Shown here piece by piece: positions 60,492 to 64,000 of a DNA stretch of 64,000 nucleotides. This DNA is from a bacterium. Its GTDB lineage: Bacteria; Hinthialibacterota; Hinthialibacteria; Hinthialibacterales; Hinthialibacteraceae. The stretch is from assembly GCA_963663405.2 (NCBI GenBank), contig CAXXSM010000089.1, forward strand, positions 1 to 64,000, in the 5' to 3' direction. Position 1 is the first letter of the stretch. Every line of letters starts with the position of its first letter. Below the pieces are notes generated by a model. The model was not told the origin of the DNA. It worked only from the letters and a program-made list of their open reading frames with translations, and ran no database searches. The translations under genes were made by a program, and so were the position numbers.

Positions 60492-61813
60492 TCCCGCCCC
60501 ATTCCAGGACTTTTACATTCCAAACATTGAGGCGTTCTCTTATGAAGACCATTCATGTATTCCGCCCATCCCTTGTCATTCTTTTTCTATTCACGATATT
60601 TAATCAACTGGAGGGAGCGGAAGAATTTACGATTCCACCCTTATTGGCGATTGTCGATCTGCGCACCGCGGGGGATGATTCATCCATCGCGGAAGCGAAA
60701 GCCTTCAGTGAATTTACCCGGCGGGAGATCGAGCAGACCGGTTTGTACCGGGTGTTAAGCCGCTCCTCCATGATGGCGATTTTAAAGAAACACGCTTTCC
60801 CTTTACCCTGTCACGAACTCACTTGTTTTGTGTCCATGGGGAAACTGCTGGGCGCCGATCAAGTCTTGGCCGGACACCTTCAGCGCAATGGGGATACATA
60901 TGAGCTGACTCTACGGTTGATTAGTGTGAAAAACGCAAGTTTTATCCATTCCGTCTACCGTACGATCGAGAATGTGTCCGTCGACGATCTAATGGGAGAC
61001 CGGGGACTCGAGATTATCGCGGAAGTTTTCCAGATCGATCCACAAAAGTTTAAAGAGCCCGATACCGCGCCCACGATCAAACTGGATGTGCCAGAGAAAA
61101 AAGAAGGGATTCCTGACGAGGTCAAGAATAAATATCCGGGCATGATTTATATTCCCGCCGGGAAGGTGATTGTCGGCAGTGATGAAGGTGATCCCTGTGA
61201 GAAACCCCCGCACACGGTTTACGTCGAGGCGTTTTATATCGGCAAATACGAAGTGACGAACCATGAGTATGAACTTTTCATCCGTTCGGATGAGCGGGGC
61301 GTCCCGCCGCATTGGGACGGCGACGTGATCCCTACGGGTTTGAAGGATCATCCAGTGACATGGGTCTCCTTCGCCGACGCGGAAGCGTATTGCAATTGGC
61401 TGGGGGCGCGTCTCCCCACCGAAGTGGAATGGGAGCGCGCGGCGCATGGGGATGAAATGAGAGTTTTCCCCTGGGGAGATAAATTCGATTCCAACAACGC
61501 CAATACATGGGAAGCGGGCCGGGGTTCTACCGCGCCGGTCGGGAGTTATTACCTGGGCGCCAGCCCTTTCGGCGTGGAGGACATGGCGGGTAATGTGATG
61601 GAATGGGTCAGCGGTTTCTATGAACCGTACCCAGGCGCGCGGGCGTTGTTGGAGGATTATGGAAAACACCTCAGAGTTCTTCGCGGGGGATCTTGGAACT
61701 TTTATTCCTATTACGCCCGGACGACCCATCGTTTCGCCCGTCCTGGAGGAGAGAAGGCGCGTTCCTATGGATTCCGCGTCGTGCGTGACGCGGCGCCCGG
61801 CGCTTCGTATTAG
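60488..61813 (+). CDS. CsgG/TolB-N-like + FGE-sulfatase (SUMF1) domain protein
   Basis: GKLLGADQVLAG; YEVTN, HPVTWVS, RLPTEVEWE, DMAGNVMEW, RGGSW, GFR. Confidence 0.88.
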   Translation: MIPPHSRTFTFQTLRRSLMKTIHVFRPSLVILFLFTIFNQLEGAEEFTIPPLLAIVDLRTAGDDSSIAEAKAFSEFTRREIEQTGLYRVLSRSSMMAILKKHAFPLPCHELTCFVSMGKLLGADQVLAGHLQRNGDTYELTLRLISVKNASFIHSVYRTIENVSVDDLMGDRGLEIIAEVFQIDPQKFKEPDTAPTIKLDVPEKKEGIPDEVKNKYPGMIYIPAGKVIVGSDEGDPCEKPPHTVYVEAFYIGKYEVTNHEYELFIRSDERGVPPHWDGDVIPTGLKDHPVTWVSFADAEAYCNWLGARLPTEVEWERAAHGDEMRVFPWGDKFDSNNANTWEAGRGSTAPVGSYYLGASPFGVEDMAGNVMEWVSGFYEPYPGARALLEDYGKHLRVLRGGSWNFYSYYARTTHRFARPGGEKARSYGFRVVRDAAPGASY

Positions 61814-61891
61814 TTGTTTCCCAGGGTAAAAATCCTGGGATTCGAAGATATACCTTTTTTCAACATAAAAAGAATGTAAGTCTTTCTGTCA

Positions 61892-63091
61892 TTAATCCTC
61901 AGAGAAGCGTTTCGGCGCCGGACCGAGAAATTGGTTGTGTTCGATTGTGACCTCTTTTATCCCTTTGCCATAATAAATTGCGGCGGTTTGGTGTTGATTG
62001 GTTTGGAAGATGTTGCCAATGATCTGTATTGCGCTGGTATCCGTCGTGAATTGTTCGGTGTTGTCAAGACGGATTTCACAATCTTTTTGCGCGTCATCTT
62101 TTTGGCCGTTTTCGCGGAAAATATTGGATGACACAATGATTCCGATCACGTCAGGCGCCCAAAGCCCTTCTCTTCCACTATAGGCGATCAGATTGTTTTG
62201 GAGCGTGCAGAAACAGCTATCCCGTTCTATCGTAACGCCGCGCGAACCGTTGCGGACCACGATGTTCCCGGAGGCGAGGACATGCTCACAGCCTTCCAAA
62301 AAGTAGCCGCCCATTTGACTTCCCACTACCACACTGTTGACGAATGTTCCATTGTGGCTGTGATAAAAATGGGTTCCATCGGATTGGGAATGTTCAAACC
62401 GGCAGCCGTCAACCAACCAGCCGTTGACATAGTAGAACGCTACGGTTCCTTGATCTTTACGATCACTGCCAGGCGCCGGACCTTTGGTTGATTGAAGGTA
62501 ATCGCCGTAAAAATTACAGCAATTGATCCCCACTACGTTTCGTAGAGATATATTTCGGATTGGACTCTCTTCACTTTCGCCAAATACGCCAATGGCGTTA
62601 CTGGAAAGATTTTGGAATGTCATATCCGAGAAGTTTAGGTTGCTGACGTTTCCATAGATCCGGATACCCGCGATGTTTGTTCCAGGATCCCATGCGTCCC
62701 GCCGCCCGATGATTTCCCCACCCCGGAAGGTCACATTCGACACATTTTCGAGGAGGAAACATTGCCCGTCAGATTTGATGCTCTCCGCGAGCATCAAGCG
62801 GGCGCCTTCGAGAATCAACGTGGCTCCATCTGGAGGGTGTAGGCCTTTTGGATCGGTGATTCGATACTCACCGGGAGCGAATTGCAATGTAAGCGCCTGT
62901 CCGGACGCGCTATCCAGTTTTTTCTGAATCCATTCTTGATGGCGCTGAGCGTCTTCACTTTTAAAAGGTCCGATTTTAATGAGCGAGGAATTAATGGTTT
63001 CAGCGCTATTAGAAGCGTACGCCAGACTGGATGCGAACATGAGACTAGCAATCAGGCTTATCATGATACCTGATATCAGTTTTTTATACAT
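61892..63091 (-). CDS. Secreted right-handed beta-helix protein
   Basis: FAPGEYRI start; repeated N....N...G..I strands. Confidence 0.8.
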   Translation of the reverse strand: MYKKLISGIMISLIASLMFASSLAYASNSAETINSSLIKIGPFKSEDAQRHQEWIQKKLDSASGQALTLQFAPGEYRITDPKGLHPPDGATLILEGARLMLAESIKSDGQCFLLENVSNVTFRGGEIIGRRDAWDPGTNIAGIRIYGNVSNLNFSDMTFQNLSSNAIGVFGESEESPIRNISLRNVVGINCCNFYGDYLQSTKGPAPGSDRKDQGTVAFYYVNGWLVDGCRFEHSQSDGTHFYHSHNGTFVNSVVVGSQMGGYFLEGCEHVLASGNIVVRNGSRGVTIERDSCFCTLQNNLIAYSGREGLWAPDVIGIIVSSNIFRENGQKDDAQKDCEIRLDNTEQFTTDTSAIQIIGNIFQTNQHQTAAIYYGKGIKEVTIEHNQFLGPAPKRFSED

Positions 63092-63258
63092 GCGATATTG
63101 TCCTTTTGTTACGATATATTTCCCCCATTCGAATCATAAAACCATCATGGTTCATGTTATAGGGTTCTATTGTCATCTAATAGCGGGATATCTTTTCTTG
63201 TTTGATTCTGATACGATTCACTGACTGTGATCCGGAATTGTAGAGAGGAACAATCATC

Positions 63259-64000
63259 ATGAAAAACGAACTGACACGCCGTCAATTTCACCGGGCCGCC
63301 GCAGGGGCTTCGCTCGCTTTTTCCGCCGCGCCCGCAATCAATGCCATAGGAGCGAACGAACGAATCAACGTAGCCCTGATCGGCTGCAGCGGACGGGGGA
63401 AAGGGCTGATCCGCGAATTTTTGAAACTCGACGCCAATTTTCTCGCTGTGTGCGACGTCGACAAAAACCGGTTGGCGGAAGGCCGCGAGATCGCGGGCGG
63501 CGAGGATGTAGCGGTTTATAAAGATTATCGCAACTTGCTGGAGCACAAAGGGATTGACGCGGTGATCATCGCCACGCCTCCGCATTGGCACGCGCTTCCA
63601 TTCGTGGACGCCTGTAAAGTGGGATTGGATATTTATTGTGAAAAAGCGCTATCCGTCACTATTTGGGAAGGACAGCAAATGATTAAAGCGGCGCGGAAAT
63701 ACAACCGGGTCGTGCAATGCGGCACACAATCACACTCCGCCGCCAATTTCCAGGAAGGCGTTCAATTGATTCATGAAGGCTACATCGGTCATGTCCAAAA
63801 AGCGAAGAGTTGGAGTCTGCGAAACAACAATCCCAAGGGGCTTGGACAGGCGGTTATCACCGATCCACCGGACGAACTCGATTGGTATATGTGGTTGGGA
63901 CCACTGCCGAAAATGCCGTATTTCCGGCAAAGGTGTCATGGTGGATTCCGCTGGTTTTGGGATACGGACGGTGGATGGATGACGGATTGGGGTGTCCATC
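63259..64000 (+). CDS. Gfo/Idh/MocA oxidoreductase, Tat signal (3'-partial)
   Basis: Manual translation: TRRQF, ALIGCSGRG, IATPPHWH, YCEK, LDWYMWLGP. Confidence 0.9.
   Translation, partial: MKNELTRRQFHRAAAGASLAFSAAPAINAIGANERINVALIGCSGRGKGLIREFLKLDANFLAVCDVDKNRLAEGREIAGGEDVAVYKDYRNLLEHKGIDAVIIATPPHWHALPFVDACKVGLDIYCEKALSVTIWEGQQMIKAARKYNRVVQCGTQSHSAANFQEGVQLIHEGYIGHVQKAKSWSLRNNNPKGLGQAVITDPPDELDWYMWLGPLPKMPYFRQRCHGGFRWFWDTDGGWMTDWGVH

Noticed and set aside
61670-61813. FGE-sulfatase C-terminus as a DGR variable region
   Set aside because: No template repeat with adenine-specific differences and no reverse transcriptase seen in the window; a remote DGR cannot be excluded.

Overview
Bacterial genomic window of moderate GC with AT-rich islands. 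The paralogous prepilin family and a C-terminal W-x-L-Y motif suggest a Sumerlaeota/Hinthialibacter-like candidate lineage (inference only). Housekeeping genes (hflKC, yitJ-like, ispH, acnB, folK, menG/ubiE, csaA, truA) are mixed with many secreted carbohydrate-active or beta-helix proteins, four GspG-like prepilins and an orphan TadG-like gene. Five accessory defence/TA loci are present: a sirtuin-like gene with orphan antitoxins, darTG, AAA_21 ATPase + DUF4276, parDE and a higBA-like pair. Intergenic DNA carries at least six families of short palindromic repeats: several REP-like classes, a TTGTCTGAA...TTCAGACAA MITE-like element and a ~90-bp ATGAAAAT...ATTTTCAT unit. Two of these families bracket the AAA/DUF4276 block as direct repeats. 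I found no rRNA, tRNA, CRISPR array, transposase, integrase or reverse transcriptase. Several single-base indels, mostly in homopolymers, look like long-read errors, so pseudogene calls are tentative. All annotations come from motif reading by eye; no database searches were run.
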